A stretch of DNA of 64,000 nt, taken from assembly GCA_964016885.1 (NCBI GenBank), contig OZ024741.1, forward strand, positions 137,516,001-137,580,000, read 5' to 3'. The notes under the pieces are model-generated. The model was given only the letters and a program-made list of their open reading frames with translations, had not been told where the DNA came from and did no database searches. Positions 29,575 through 44,656 of this stretch are shown in pieces (position 1 is the stretch's first letter; each line of letters begins with the position of its first letter). A program made the translations under genes and the position numbers. The stretch comes from Eledone cirrhosa. Lineage: Eukaryota.

Positions 29575-30519
29575 CATCGGACACCATGCTTTGACGCATA
29601 GAGGTACGGCCCTTGCCATTCTGAGTTCAAATCCCGCCGAGGTTAACTTTGCCTTTTATCCTTGAGGGGTCGATAAAATAAAGTACCAATAATGTACTTG
29701 GTAATTGCTGGCCTTGTGCCTAAGATAGAAATAATTATTTTGATTATATTTAGTAGACAAACATTCTTACGTGTATGTGTATATGAAAGTTGACTGGTGA
29801 GAGACAGCTGTTATCCTTCAGTGACTGCGGTGAAAATGGTAACATCTCTCAGAATGGACGTGTAGTTCGAAGAAAAATAACTAGTGGAGGATACATATTG
29901 TTGGTAGTTAGGATTGAATGAGTTTCGCATTCGTCCCGAATTGGATTTTTTTTCTTTATCAGCAGGAGTGTTTTGTTGTATAAACACCGTATAATTTATA
30001 TCTTACTCCTTTTTAAACTCATCCCATGTTTATGCAAATCTCTATACTTTGTGCAATCTATCTTTGCATTCCCCCAACACCCCCACCCCGATTGACAGAA
30101 TCCTTTCAACGCCGAAAATAATGCTTGAAGCATCTCTTTTGGGTTTTTCGATCTGCGTTCAAAACGTTTGCTTTTCATCCTTCCGGAATCAATGAAATAA
30201 AGTACCAATAATGCAATGAGGTCGATTTAATAGAATTTCCTCTTTCCTTCAAATTGCTGGCCTTGTGCCAAAAGTAGAAACAATTATTATTATTATTGTT
30301 GTGTTTGTTGTTATCTGAAAAAAAGTGTTTCTTTTTTTTGCACTTGTAATGTTTTTATGTTATTATTTTTTTTATGTTAATATATGTTCCATTGCTGCAG
30401 ATAACCAGCTTCAGAATAATAACCTAACCTATTCCTCATATCACAAGACGGCACACATTCATACTACAACTGCACACAATACTACTACGGCGAGACGATT
30501 CTTCGATCAGATAAATGCC

Positions 30520-30571
<52 letters not shown>

Positions 30572-31262
30572 CACACATACATATATACATATATATATTT
30601 ATATATAACCATCACTTAGTTATGAGAAAGCCTGCTGTGTAACGGAAGATGTGAAACTTGCGTGATGAGGGCATTGTTGTCGACGCCATGTTTACATAAC
30701 AGAATTTTATGCGAATGTCGATGATGTTCTAGATATCTTCTGTACGGATATGTGCTCACTTTGTGTCTACTATTCACAGAGAAGCATAACATGTATACAT
30801 GCAATCTGTCAATTAATCCAGGCTTAGTATGCTTAGGTTTTTCTCCTTTCGTTTTTCTTTTCTATATTTCTATTTTGCTTTTGTTATTTACTTCGTTCTT
30901 TGCTTCGTTCTGTTCTATCTTTATACTTTCTTTCGTCATTCAGTCTCCTTTTCTCGCTCTGTCTTCCCCCTTCTCTCTCTTTCTCTCTCTCTCCTTTAAA
31001 CGTACGCACTCACACACACGCCGTATACACACCTCAATATGGATATATTGGAGAATGATTTCTCCATTTATTTACTTCATAAAACTTATATATCATAGTC
31101 CCAGCTAATTATATATAAAAAACTCTCAAGGAATGAATGCCTTGATTAGATGTGGTGTTATGCTCAAGCTAGCTGCTCTACATATGCATGCACACACACA
31201 CGTACTCACGAACACCCCATTCAAGCCCAGAGTAGAGCATAAGTCTTCCTTATAAAGGAAAT

Positions 31263-31351
<89 letters not shown>

Positions 31352-31680
31352 ATATATGGGTTCGCGATGTATACCAGAAGATGACTATCACTACAGTTAA
31401 AAAAAGTACTCAATACATTAGTGGAGTATAAGACATATGTATTTTATTATAGAAATGACTTCTACAGGACTAGAAAATGTTCATTCTTTAGGAATTTCCC
31501 GATGTTTTCTTACGAATAAAACATTGTTTCTGCTTGACGCACAAAGCCAACAATTTTGGGGAGAGGCCAAACTCGATTAAATCGACCCCAGTGCATGACT
31601 GGTACTTTATTTTATAGACCCTGTAAGGAAGAAAGGCAAAGCGGGATTTAAACTCAGAACGTAAAGGGCCTTAAATCTAG
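29575..31680. mobile_element. Three dispersed SINE family 1 copies (29575-29735 +, ~30075-30285 + old, ~31525-31680 -)
   Basis: Same B-box, body and tail strings as the other copies. Confidence 0.75.
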
Positions 31681-31942
31681 CTCTCGTCTAATACTTGACC
31701 CTCGTTCTTCCTGCTCGCATGGATGCCTGCAACTATATATATATATATATATCTGAAGTCCATCAGAAGAACCATGTTTCAGGGTTAGAAACCATGTTTC
31801 TCTCCACTGATGAAAATAAAGCTAAAATATGATACCTCGTACATAACAATTTGATAACCTTCATAGCCTTCTGCAAGAATTGGTTCATACCATGTGTAAA
31901 TTAATAGGAATATAAACACAGACACACACATGCACACACACG

Positions 31943-31984
<42 letters not shown>

Positions 31985-34665
31985 CTTTCATGTAAACACA
32001 TACATGATACACAAATTCATATATACATTACACATACATACATGAATATACACTGCATACACATGCATGCACACATAGATAGATACATAGATATATACCT
32101 ATATACATAAATATATACATACATATTTACATATACATATATATATATATACTTACACATACATTCACGCACACATACATACACATGCATACACATACAT
32201 AGATACATACATACACATATATACATACACACACATACGTAAATACACATACATACATCTATGGAACAAAGTTTGGTGAAGAGATGATCATATGTGACTA
32301 TGTAGTTTCCAATCCAATAAACTGGACACAGCCAACACGTAAGAGTGATTATCTTCTCTATATCAATATCAAGTGATAGATGATTACTTCGTTAATGGAG
32401 ACATTATTATTAAGTAGGATAGAATGACAAGGTAGAAATATGAAACATAAACCGACAGGCTTCACTCCTTATACAAACATAAACGTATACATATTTTAAA
32501 GCAAAACATACATACATTTACACAAACATACGCATAAATAAATATATATATATAATTACACAAACATACATAGAAACACATACGCATTCATACAAGCATG
32601 TGTTTTTGTGCTGTTGATAACGTCATATCATTTCCGTATAAACACATGCCCAAAATATAGAGACGTCTCAAGCTTGATCGCAGGACGTTTTATCCTATAT
32701 TAATGTTTACGGTATTTTCCTTAAGCATGGCGAACTAAGTTGAATAATTTTCTTACTAGTTAAGAGTAGTAACACACACAAGCACACACGCGCAGACAGA
32801 CATCCCCCGCCCCCATAGATATATAGATATATACATACATTCTTGTACATGCATATATATACATGTACAAGAATGAATGTATATATATATATCTATGTAT
32901 ATATATGCATACACAAATACGTAAACATATGCATACACACACATATATATAATAGTGATAAAGATCGATAAAGTGTTAAACGCATAGAAGTCATCGTATT
33001 CATTCCGACCATGATTTCCACAGAACTGCTTAATGATAACACGTATGAAGAGAACTTGTTATAAAACACACTCAGTGCGATATGTTCGCAGGAAAGTGAT
33101 ACTTGTATAGAACATATTAAGGCTGATAACAAACAACGAAATCTCTGAATTTAAACAAAATAATAGAGAAAAAGTTGAAAAAACTTACATTTCAGGTGAA
33201 TGTTTGGTTTCATTACAATAATTGAGGTTACTATAACAAAACAGATTACAGTCCCAGTACTGCAGTTTTGTTTGGAGATGCATAATTCATTATTCTGGGA
33301 TGTACATATCTTATAATCTCACTATTAGTAAGTCATTTTGTTATTCTGTGCTGATGTTGGTTGGGCAAATGTAGCTGATCTTGATTTTATTTATATAAAT
33401 ACATTTTTGTTTATTAGTTTATTAGTTTATATATGTTTATTAGTTTATATATAAATACGTTTTTGTTTATTAGTTTATTGGGTACGTCAAGCTTCTGCCT
33501 GCTACTGGCACCATGTAACTCAGTACAACCTGCTTCAAGGTCACGTGGCTGGCAACTACATTGGCTCCTCCCCACAGACTAATGCCTGGTGAGGAGAGTT
33601 AGCGGAACCTCGGTATACCAAATACAAGAACGTTTAAAATGGCAGATGAATTCCGCTGAATCCACCTCAACTGGAGATTAAATAGCCTCTTCAACCCACG
33701 ATTGACCACCGTGGTGAATACGGCTACACCAATGACATGATCCAAACGAAACAGAAAGCGTTGTAGGTCAATCAGGGATAATTTCCTCCAACAAGAGTGA
33801 GAAGACCCTGGATTGGCTTGGGTATTGGCTTTTACGAAGTTTTACATCATGTAAATACGTTTTACTTATTGGTATATTTCAGGATTTAGATATACAAACT
33901 TCCAATCCTGCTCAAATCTATATTACAAGCAAAATATCACAGCTGTGTAAGCATGTGTGTGTGTGTAATTATAAATGCGTTTGAAGGCATGCACAATATT
34001 GCCTAACATGTTGAAAAGCTCATAGCTCGATGCTTTGCATTATAGCCAGCGTTACTCGATGACTTAGCTTTGAGATTAGCAACAAATAATAATTGTTTCT
34101 ACTTTTGGCACAAGGCCAGCAATTACCCAGTGCATTACTGCTACTTTATTTTATCGACCCCGTAAGGATGAAAGGCAAAGTTAACCTTACATAATAACGA
34201 CACGGTTCCAGAGCACCCCTTTTCTCTCCTAATACACCCTATATTCCTAAAACTGAGAAGGCATACGCCGATCTATATGTACAAATAGTCGCAAGGGTCA
34301 AGACCGTAAGGAATTTGACTATGGGCTTAAATTCGAACTAAATTAACAACAGTGACAACGCCCAAAACAGCAACAACAACTTGAGGATCTCCAATATTTC
34401 TATGTATCGTTACCTATACGAATTGTGTGTATTTTACTTCATATTATGGCAATAAAATTTCCAACATTCAAAGAGTTCATGAAAGCCATCTGCAATGCAG
34501 TATTTGCTTCGTGTACCTGAATATCAACTGAGATATCAACATATATATATATGTTTATTCAGTTCGCTCAGACTTTATATACATACATACATGCATACAT
34601 AGATACATAGATACATAGATACATACATACACACGAACACACGCACACACACACACGCACACACG

Positions 34666-34708
<43 letters not shown>

Positions 34709-35012
34709 CTGTGTGTGTGTCTATGTGTGTATGTGTGTATGTGTGTGTGTGGGAGTGTGTGTGTGTGTCTATTTTTTATACATACATATATTCATGATGA
34801 TCTATGTTGTGTACTGGCGTATTCAACTAAACAATGTCAAACAATATATGTTATGCATATGTATATTCATATACATATGTACAGACAACCATTTACACAG
34901 ATATATTCATACGCCCCTACTTATACGCACCCCCACACACAAACACATACAAACACACAGACACATATACAAACACATATACAAAACACACACATAAATA
35001 ATCTCACACACC

Positions 35013-35154
<142 letters not shown>

Positions 35155-36713
35155 TAGTCTTCATCTTCATCGACCACATATAAATCAATACACACAAATA
35201 TATATTTTATTAAGTTCTGGGTTTAAATTTTCTATCTATTCAAATGAAAGGAGGTTATACATAGAAAACGTTGCCAAAAGCATTAGGTTCATGTTTTTTC
35301 ATTGATAACCATACACAATTTATTGAATAATAATTATCTCTATTTATAATTTCTGTGTTGCACCTCCATCGGTTTCGATGGCGTGTGTTTCTGTTAATGC
35401 AACGAACAGCATGTTTGTGGAATTATCATGAAGGTGTCTGAGCATTCCACTGACTTGCATACACTCTGAAGTAGTACTCCAGTAGTTTATAGCAATGTGA
35501 AATAAAGATTCTTGACTTGATCAAGGACACGACGTACCACCGTGATTCGAACACACGACTTTATTAACCCGAGTCAAACACTCTAAAAATTACGACAGGC
35601 AACCTATACATATATGCACATAGACACACACACACACATACAGACACAGATTTCCTTATGGTAAGTGACAACATTCATTAAAATATACAGTTGAACTGTT
35701 GCCATAAAATTAAACAGTGACGTCGGATTTTACACCATAAATTGTCAAAAGACGTTTGAGCGACATAATTTAATGTCCCAACCTGTTAATTAACCGAAAC
35801 GTCAGAGCGCCAGACTAAATGTTCTGCAATACTTATTCAGGCACCTTGAATATCCTGTGTTCATATCGCACTGAGGTCAACTTTGTTCTTTAGCATTCTG
35901 AACTTGTTGAATAAAATACCAGGCTAGTGCGTTTGACTAAGGGCAATGTTGGAGCTATGTTATTTTTCTGGCTCTTATGTGTTCCAATGCTTAGTTGAAT
36001 TAAAACCTACCCACCTATGAAGAAATTGTTGGATACTTTATTTCCTTGGTCAATACACACCTGACATTATCCACAAAGAGCATTACAAGAAAATTAGGAA
36101 ACATTTAGTCGGTTGTTCAACTTGCTAAAAATAATAGTCCAACCTGTCTCTCCTCGTCTACCGTCTTACAAAATGAAGGCTGAATTGGAAACATCGTGAA
36201 TGAAACACCTTTGATCATAAATCGACTTGATCGAAGCTCACCTGAGTTAATAAACTAACGCAGCATTAAAAAACAACATCCCACAGAAAAGATGTACAAT
36301 TGGAGCATATTCGAAAGAGGAGGCTATGCTAGAATTAGCGACCAAATAAGCCTGAATTCCAAATCTTACAAGAGGAAAACATGTTTGATAATGTAGTCCT
36401 ACAAATAATATGATTGTGTTAGACAACATGCGATGGTCACGCATGTAGCGCCTTTGCCAAGAAATTTGCTGGATCGGAAATCACCTGAACTAAAACAACA
36501 ACAACAAAAAACTACAGCAAGAACAACCGCAAGACAGACATATACAAGTACTGAATATTTGAATAAATTAGTCTTCGTTAAGTGCACATATGCATATATT
36601 TGTATATACATATATTGTTTGCAATCGATGAAAGTAAAGATTAATCGTTTCTTCTGGTAAGTATATATACGCACATGCACACTTATATTCCCATTATATA
36701 TATTATATAGACG

Positions 36714-36745
<32 letters not shown>

Positions 36746-36789
36746 CACATATATATATAAAAATATACATACACCAAATATATATATAT

Positions 36790-36998
<209 letters not shown>

Positions 36999-37336
36999 CA
37001 TACTAACTACTGATATCCCCCATTGGCACAACACTTTTCATAAAGAGGAAAGCACACACGTACAGCCATGGCTTGATATAATACTATACAGAGAATCAGG
37101 CTGCCGTGTATACTCAGGTGCACACGCACTTACACATGAACACTTCATGATCAATTACGAGGACTAAACAGCATATTCTTTATAACCACATAGACGGACA
37201 TAACTGCAGAAGAGACAACAATAGAGGTTATGAGTTAATACAGACAACTTGTGTTTCCACAGAAACAATTAAATCATCATGCTTAAGCAAACGTAGATAT
37301 ATCCATGCCTACATACACATACATACACATGTACAG

Positions 37337-37374
<38 letters not shown>

Positions 37375-37384
37375 GGTAAAGGTA

Positions 37385-37715
37385 AAAACCCGCTTCGGTC
37401 ACAGATGACTATGGGATTTCCCCCTAGAAAGTTCTCCTCCGAGGCACAAGTTCGGGCATGGTTGTTTGTGGAATACCGGTGGTCTCTCATGTATACCAGT
37501 CGCACCCCACCTTCACGACAGCGATGTTTTCCAAGGGAAAGTCAAAGGGCGATACAGATTGGCATCGGTGACGTCACAACTCATTTCTATAGCCGAGTAA
37601 ACTGGACCAACGTGAAATAAACTGTCTTCTCAAGAAGACAATGCAAAGCTCGGTCCATGAATCGAACTCACAACCTCACGATTGTAAGCCATACGTCCTA
37701 ACCATTAAACCATGC
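37385..37715 (-). mobile_element. tRNA-derived CORE-like SINE family 2
   Basis: Reverse-complement homologue of 51441-51775 (head TGGTTTAATGGTTAGGAC..GAGTTCGATTC). Tail fragments also at 27655-27703 and 28503-28620. Confidence 0.7.
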
Positions 37716-38085
37716 ATATATATTGAAATGTGCTCATATTCACGAAACTATTGGCCCTCGAAATTATTGAAAGAGTTTCACATAACTGTTTATCTATTGC
37801 GTTTAGTTTCTCCCTTTTGCACATACGAACTTACATACACATACACCAACGCGCAAGTGTTTGCTTACACCATTTTGACATATTTTCAAAATAATCTATC
37901 TTTTGATCAAATTGCTTAGTTTGCAGTTAGCAATAATATATCTCTATTCCTTGTAGTGACTCTATTACGTGTTCACCAACTCCACTGACAGTAGAAATTT
38001 ATTATTTCAAATATACCATACAAGATATATATCTATATGACATACATCTGTATGTATCTGTGTCTGTCTCTACACACGCAAATAT

Positions 38086-38163
<78 letters not shown>

Positions 38164-38208
38164 ACATATATATATATACATACATATATATATATATATA
38201 TACATACA

Positions 38209-38240
<32 letters not shown>

Positions 38241-38258
38241 CATATATATACTTATACT

Positions 38259-38390
<132 letters not shown>

Positions 38391-38502
38391 TATATATATA
38401 TATATTCTTGCTTGAATGTGTGGTTGCAGTTACTGACAAAAGAGCTCTCAATACGTAATCATAGATGTAATATAATATATAATTTTTTATATATATATAA
38501 GT

Positions 38503-38547
<45 letters not shown>

Positions 38548-38733
38548 TGAGATCAAGTAAGAGAGAGAATGAATCATATATATGCACATAGAAATACAGA
38601 CAAAAAAATATCAAATACACAAAAATAGATAAAGAAATAGGTTCACCGGAGTGTTTATTCTTTAGTGTTTAGACTACAGAAATATCCGTTAACAGAGGTA
38701 TTTATGTGGTGTATGTGTACGTTGTGTTATTTG

Positions 38734-38775
<42 letters not shown>

Positions 38776-38816
38776 CTATGGGGCATATATGTAATTTATA
38801 TATATATACATATATA

Positions 38817-38865
<49 letters not shown>

Positions 38866-38932
38866 AATATGTAAACCGCGAATCTACTGAATTACCTATA
38901 TATATACATACATGTATATATATTCATACATA

Positions 38933-38995
<63 letters not shown>

Positions 38996-39065
38996 TTACA
39001 TATATACATATATATATATATATATATAGTGTGTATAGTGTGTAGATATATGTGTTCTCTCTCCA

Positions 39066-39121
<56 letters not shown>

Positions 39122-39679
39122 TTTGTGTGTGTGTGAGTGTAGTGTAGAACAGAGACAGTTCTTACGTAAATTTCGTTAAATTTAGTTAAAGTTTAAAAAA
39201 ACGCAACCGCGAAAAAAAAAATCAAAATACAAAAAAATCAATACCTGAAGTTAAAAGAGATTGAAGATAGAAAAATTAAAACAAATCTTATTCAGTAAAC
39301 AATACTGAACAATCATAAGTAATCGATACTTGACTGTCTAATGAATGTGTTGTAGAAAACGAACCGACTAAAAAATAGTTACTCAGGTTGAATATGTGCA
39401 CTCACGAAATGAAACTAAAAGAATTTATGATATAGTGATATTTACAAAATGAAGGCGCACGATGTGGTTTAATGTTTAAGTTGTTGCATTCTTGATTGTA
39501 AGGTTCAGAGTTCGATTTGCTTAACTATCTGCCTCATATGGCTTGACTTATTGGTTAAGCTGTTGTGGAGTTAACTCTTGAAATATCGGGTGTTTGATTT
39601 ACAGGTGTTGCTCCCTGGTGTAGAGTGTGGTATTGGTTCCATTGTTGAACTTCTTTCTATACATGGCGTATTTTAGTGT

Positions 39680-39990
39680 TTTATTTGTTGAACCCTCGAT
39701 TGTAAGTTCATGAATTTAATTTACCGGAAAATCCTTCGTGGCGTGGTTATGCTTTGAGCTCACGATTAAAAGTTCGTGAATTCATTTTACTGGACATCCT
39801 CCCTGGTGTGGTTGATGTGTTGAGCTCACGATTGTAAGTTCGTTTATTCAATTTACAGGACTACCTCCTTTGCGTGGTCGATGTTTTGAGTTTATGATTG
39901 TAAGTTCATAAATTCAATATGCTGGGCATCTTGTGTGGCGTGTGTGATGTGTTGTAGTCACAATCTCATGATCAAGAGTACGATTGCCAG
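39680..39990 (+). repeat. Degenerate ~65-66 bp tandem repeat (about 5 units) resembling a SINE tRNA head
   Basis: CGATTGTAAGTTC-like motif recurs at ~39698, 39763, 39829, 39895 and 39961. Confidence 0.7.
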
Positions 39991-40879
39991 TCTTCATCTC
40001 ACCCTCCTATCAAACTGAAGGTCATGAAAAGAATCATCAGCAATGCTATTCCTCCTGGGGAACGACTATTAAAGTAACTTCAGTATGTTGTTATCGCTGG
40101 TGTTTAAATGTATCGCGGGAATGTGCGTGATTTAGTGATAAAGGTTCTCACCTGACGACTTTATTTAGAATAGTCAGTTAGAATGTAGGATATTTGTGCC
40201 CAGGGAGACTCATCGTGCCACAGTGTGTAACAAAGCTTAACGGCATGAGGAATCACGAGACACGAGACGCACTCTAGAACACACGACCTTGCGGCAGTGA
40301 TCCAAACACCCTAATCATAAGTCCACAAGGCTCTCATTCATACACCCATACAAGAACGAAGGAAGAGGAGGGGCTAAAGCTATTTGCACATATACACATG
40401 GGAAGTATAGCATGTAAAAAGAAACTTATGATGCCAGTAGTGGTTGGTCGATGGTATATTGATGGTATATGCTAGCTGAGGAGAAGGCCCTCCAACGTGT
40501 GCACGGTCGAGGCACTTTGCATGTTGTTCGACAGGGACAAATTAACAAAAAAAAAAAAAAAAATGATCTGGCGACCAAATATATGTACCGCATACTAAAC
40601 TCGTACCTATGCCTCAAACTATCACAAGATTCTGGAGGTTAATGACCCACACCTGCCATGCACCGGAACCTCGAACCACCAGGTATTTAAGCCCACACAC
40701 TTGGACTAGGCTCCACCTCAAACTCCTACCCAAACACTCGCACTCCCATTGAGAATACACTCGCAGAGACCCCGGGTCCACACCCAACTCTCCCACTCCT
40801 ACGACTATTATACCCCTCCACCTACTCCACTAAACCCCCTACCCCCCACTCATACTACTTCCTTTTCCTGACCCACAGT

Positions 40880-41969
40880 GCATCAAATACACTTACCATT
40901 CTCCTACCCCCAAATTTTCTGGCCTAGTGCCTATAGTAGAAATAATAATAATAATTGTTTCTCCGTTAGGCACAAGGCCAGCAATTACCCAGTGTATTAC
41001 TGGTACTTCATTTTATCGACCCCGTAAGGATGAAAGGCAAAGTTAACCTCGGCGGGATTTAATAATAATAATAATAATAATAACAATAATAACAATAGTA
41101 ATAATTGTTTCTATTTTTGGCACAAGGCCAGCAAATACCCAGTACATTACTGGTACTTTATTTTATCGACCCCGTAAGGATGAAAGGCAAAGTTAACCTC
41201 GGCGGGATTTGAACTCAGATCATAAAGGGCCGTAAATCTATGCTGCAAGCATGGCCTCCGACCCTCTACCGATATTGCCAATCCCCCGCCCTAACAATAA
41301 TAATTGTTACTACTATTGGCACAAGGCCAGCAATTAATCCAGTGCATTACTGGTACTTTATTTTATCGACCCAGTAAGGATGAAAGGCAAAGTTAACCTC
41401 GGCGGGATTTGAACTCAGAATGGCAAGGGCCGTAACTCTATGCGTCAAAGCATGGCGTCCGATCCTCTACCGATACTGCAATAATAATAATTATAATAAT
41501 ATCTTTGCAGCATAGAGTTTTGACTCTTTACATTCTGAGTTCAAAACCCGCCAGGTTAACTTTGCCTTTCATCCTTACGGTGTGAATAAAAGAAAGTACC
41601 AGTAATGCACTGGGGTAATTGCTGGCCTTGTGCGAAAAGTAGAAAAAATTATTATTATTAAATAATAATACTGTAGATTGGCAGTATAGGTAGAGCGTCG
41701 GTCAACAGGCTCTCTGTTCTGAATTCTAATCCCGCAGTGGCTAGCTTCACCTTTCATCCTTACGGGGGTCGATAAAATAAAGTACCTGTCACGCAATGGG
41801 GTCGATTTAATCGACTTTCCCCTCACCCAAAATTGTTGGCCTTGTGCCTAAATCAGAAACCATTAATAAATATATATTTTGATATAATTCAACCAAATTG
41901 TGTATAGTGTATTTATATTATTTACGTCAGCATGTACTCATATATACATATATGAGTATATATATATTT

Positions 41970-42007
<38 letters not shown>

Positions 42008-42031
42008 TATATATACTCATATATATATATA

Positions 42032-42084
<53 letters not shown>

Positions 42085-42873
42085 CCCCCACCCATATATA
42101 TATATATATCTGTGTGTGTGTGTGTGTAACTACGTGTGTATATATTTAGGTGTTCAATATGTTTGGCTTCATCAGAGAATACCTCAAAACGTGTGGGTGG
42201 ACTGAGTGAGAAGATATACGTATTTGTGAACAACAATAGCAGCAAAATAAATAAGCAGATGTAGTGAATCCGCTGCCATAACTATTAAGAAATATGGGAA
42301 AACACCCTGGTCGTTGCAGCCAAATGTAGAAATCGCTTTAGTAACATTAAATGAAGCGGGAAGGAATTGAAATATATGTTTTATAGTGTTAGGAATAACT
42401 GTCAGTGTTCGCTGGTAGAATTGACATTAGTGATAGTATCGATTCAATATTTTATTTCAATAATTGTTTCTACGTTAGGCACAAGGCCAGCAATTACCCA
42501 GTGCATTACTGGTACTTTATTTTATCGACCCTGTAAGGATGAATGGCAAAGTTAACCTCGGCGGGATTTGAACTCAGAATATTTTATTTCAATAATTGTT
42601 TCTACGTTAGGCACAAGGCCAGCAATTAACCAGTACATTACTGGTACTTTATTTTATCGACCCCGTGAGGATGAAAGGCAAAGTTAACCTCGGCGGGATT
42701 TGAACTCAGAATATTTTATTTCAATAATAATATCAACACACAAATCAACACTATTGCGATGATTTAGCAGATAATTATCAAGTATGGTAATCTGAGTAAA
42801 GACCCCCGTCCCTCACCCCCACAAACACCACAAACACACATACGCACATACATATATTTATATATATATATAT

Positions 42874-42953
<80 letters not shown>

Positions 42954-43204
42954 AGTTAAGAACTCAGCGTACAATTAAATAGCTCTAAGAAAATGTTAGT
43001 CCTTACGATTCGAACAAATGTATGTTTATATTAGTGTTCATCTCTCTTGTTTATTCAAATATATTATATATATATTTACGTCCCATTGCGATCTGAGTTC
43101 AAATCCCGCCGAGGTTAACTTTGTCTTTCATCCATACGGGGGTCGATAAAATAAAGTACCAGTAATACACTGTGTAATTGTTGTCCTTCGCCAAAAGTAG
43201 AAAC

Positions 43205-43210
<6 letters not shown>
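40880..43210. mobile_element. Dense SINE family 1 cluster (about 9 full or partial copies, both orientations)
   Basis: Copies at ~40880-40940 +, 40953-41060 -, 41103-41292 -, 41302-41480 -, 41505-41645 +, 41675-41860 +, 42460-42580 -, 42592-42712 - and 43090-43210 +. Confidence 0.88.
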
Positions 43211-43276
<66 letters not shown>

Positions 43277-43519
43277 TTACGTATATGTTTATTTGTATGC
43301 GTGTGTTGATTTCTTATTGCGTGCGTGTGTGCGCACGCGTGTGCGTACGTATGTACGTGGGTTATGTACCTTTGAGATTCATTTATTTAATTTATTGTAG
43401 TGTTTTTTTGTATGTGTATGCATGTGGTTGTGTGTGTATATGTATGTATGTGTGTGTATATATATGTGTGTGTGTGTATGTGTGTGTATATGTGTGTGTA
43501 TATATATACACACACACAC

Positions 43520-43567
<48 letters not shown>

Positions 43568-43667
43568 ATGCACATGTATGTGTATGTGTACATATATTTA
43601 TTTTATATATATATATACACATATTTACGTGTGAGTGTATGCATTTTTATGTGTATATGTGTATGTA

Positions 43668-43721
<54 letters not shown>

Positions 43722-43958
43722 TTTTGCGATAGACAGAACAACAACAACCACAATCTATATATATAAAACTGAGGTTGTCTGTCTATCGATCTTTGGCACA
43801 CATCTCCTCTTAGAATCTCTCACGGAATTGCACCGAAATTGCTATACTTGTACATTGAGCCCTAGCGAAGACATCGGAAAAAAAATATTTCAAATTGACC
43901 CGCCCTATCTGACGAAATCGAATATAATGTATCGATTTTTGAGCGTAAGTGATCAGTT

Positions 43959-44117
43959 ATTTCCCTTTGTTCTGTTTACATTCAGCGTAGCGTCTTACGT
44001 TCTCTTTACATTTTCTGCGTGCAAAAATTAAAAAAATGATTTCCCTTTGTTCTGTTTACATTCAGCGTAGCGTCTTACGTTCTGTTTACATTTTCTGCGT
44101 GCAAAAATTAAAAAAAT
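43959..44117 (+). repeat. 80-bp tandem duplication inside the Helitron
   Basis: TTCCCTTTGTTCTGTTTACATTCAGCGTAGCG begins at both 43961 and 44041. Confidence 0.9.
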
Positions 44118-44405
44118 TACGCTGGCAAAAATTAAAAAAATTACGCTGGCTTTCTCAGCGTTTAAAATGATATTAACACAATACACGAACAGTTGTCGAG
44201 CCAGCAAAATTTTGACCTGCAAAATTCATCAGTTCGAACACTAAGCTTCCGTTTTGCTTCATTTCCATTTAAAAGCCTTTTAAAACAATATTTTTACTTG
44301 AAAACAAGTCTATTTAAAGACTACGTAAAACAAGCAAATATTTCGTAAAAAAAAGCAAAAATTATATAAGTTTATTTAAAATATATGTATCTGTAAATTT
44401 CGTTA

Positions 44406-44656
44406 GGCGTGCAGACAGTCGTGCAGACAGACAGTCGTGCAGAGAGGTGATATAGGCGTGCAGACAGACAGTCGTGCAGAGAGGTGATATAGGCGTGCAG
44501 ACAGACAGTCGTGCAGAGAGGTGATATAGGCGTGCAGACAGACAGTCGTGCAGAGAGTTGATATAGGCGTGCAGACAGACAGTCGTGCAGAGAGGTGATA
44601 TAGGCGTGCAGACAGACAGTCGTGCAGAGAGGTGATATAGGCGTGCAGACAGACAT
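44406..44656 (+). repeat. 37-bp minisatellite (GGCGTGCAGACAGACAGTCGTGCAGAGAGGTGATATA), about 6.5 near-identical units
   Basis: Unit starts at 44455, 44492, 44529, 44566, 44603 and 44640, with no spacers. Confidence 0.95.

Noticed and set aside
44406-44656. 37-bp repeats resembling a CRISPR array
   Set aside because: Units are contiguous with no unique spacers, there are no cas genes, and the context is eukaryotic. It is a minisatellite inside a Helitron.
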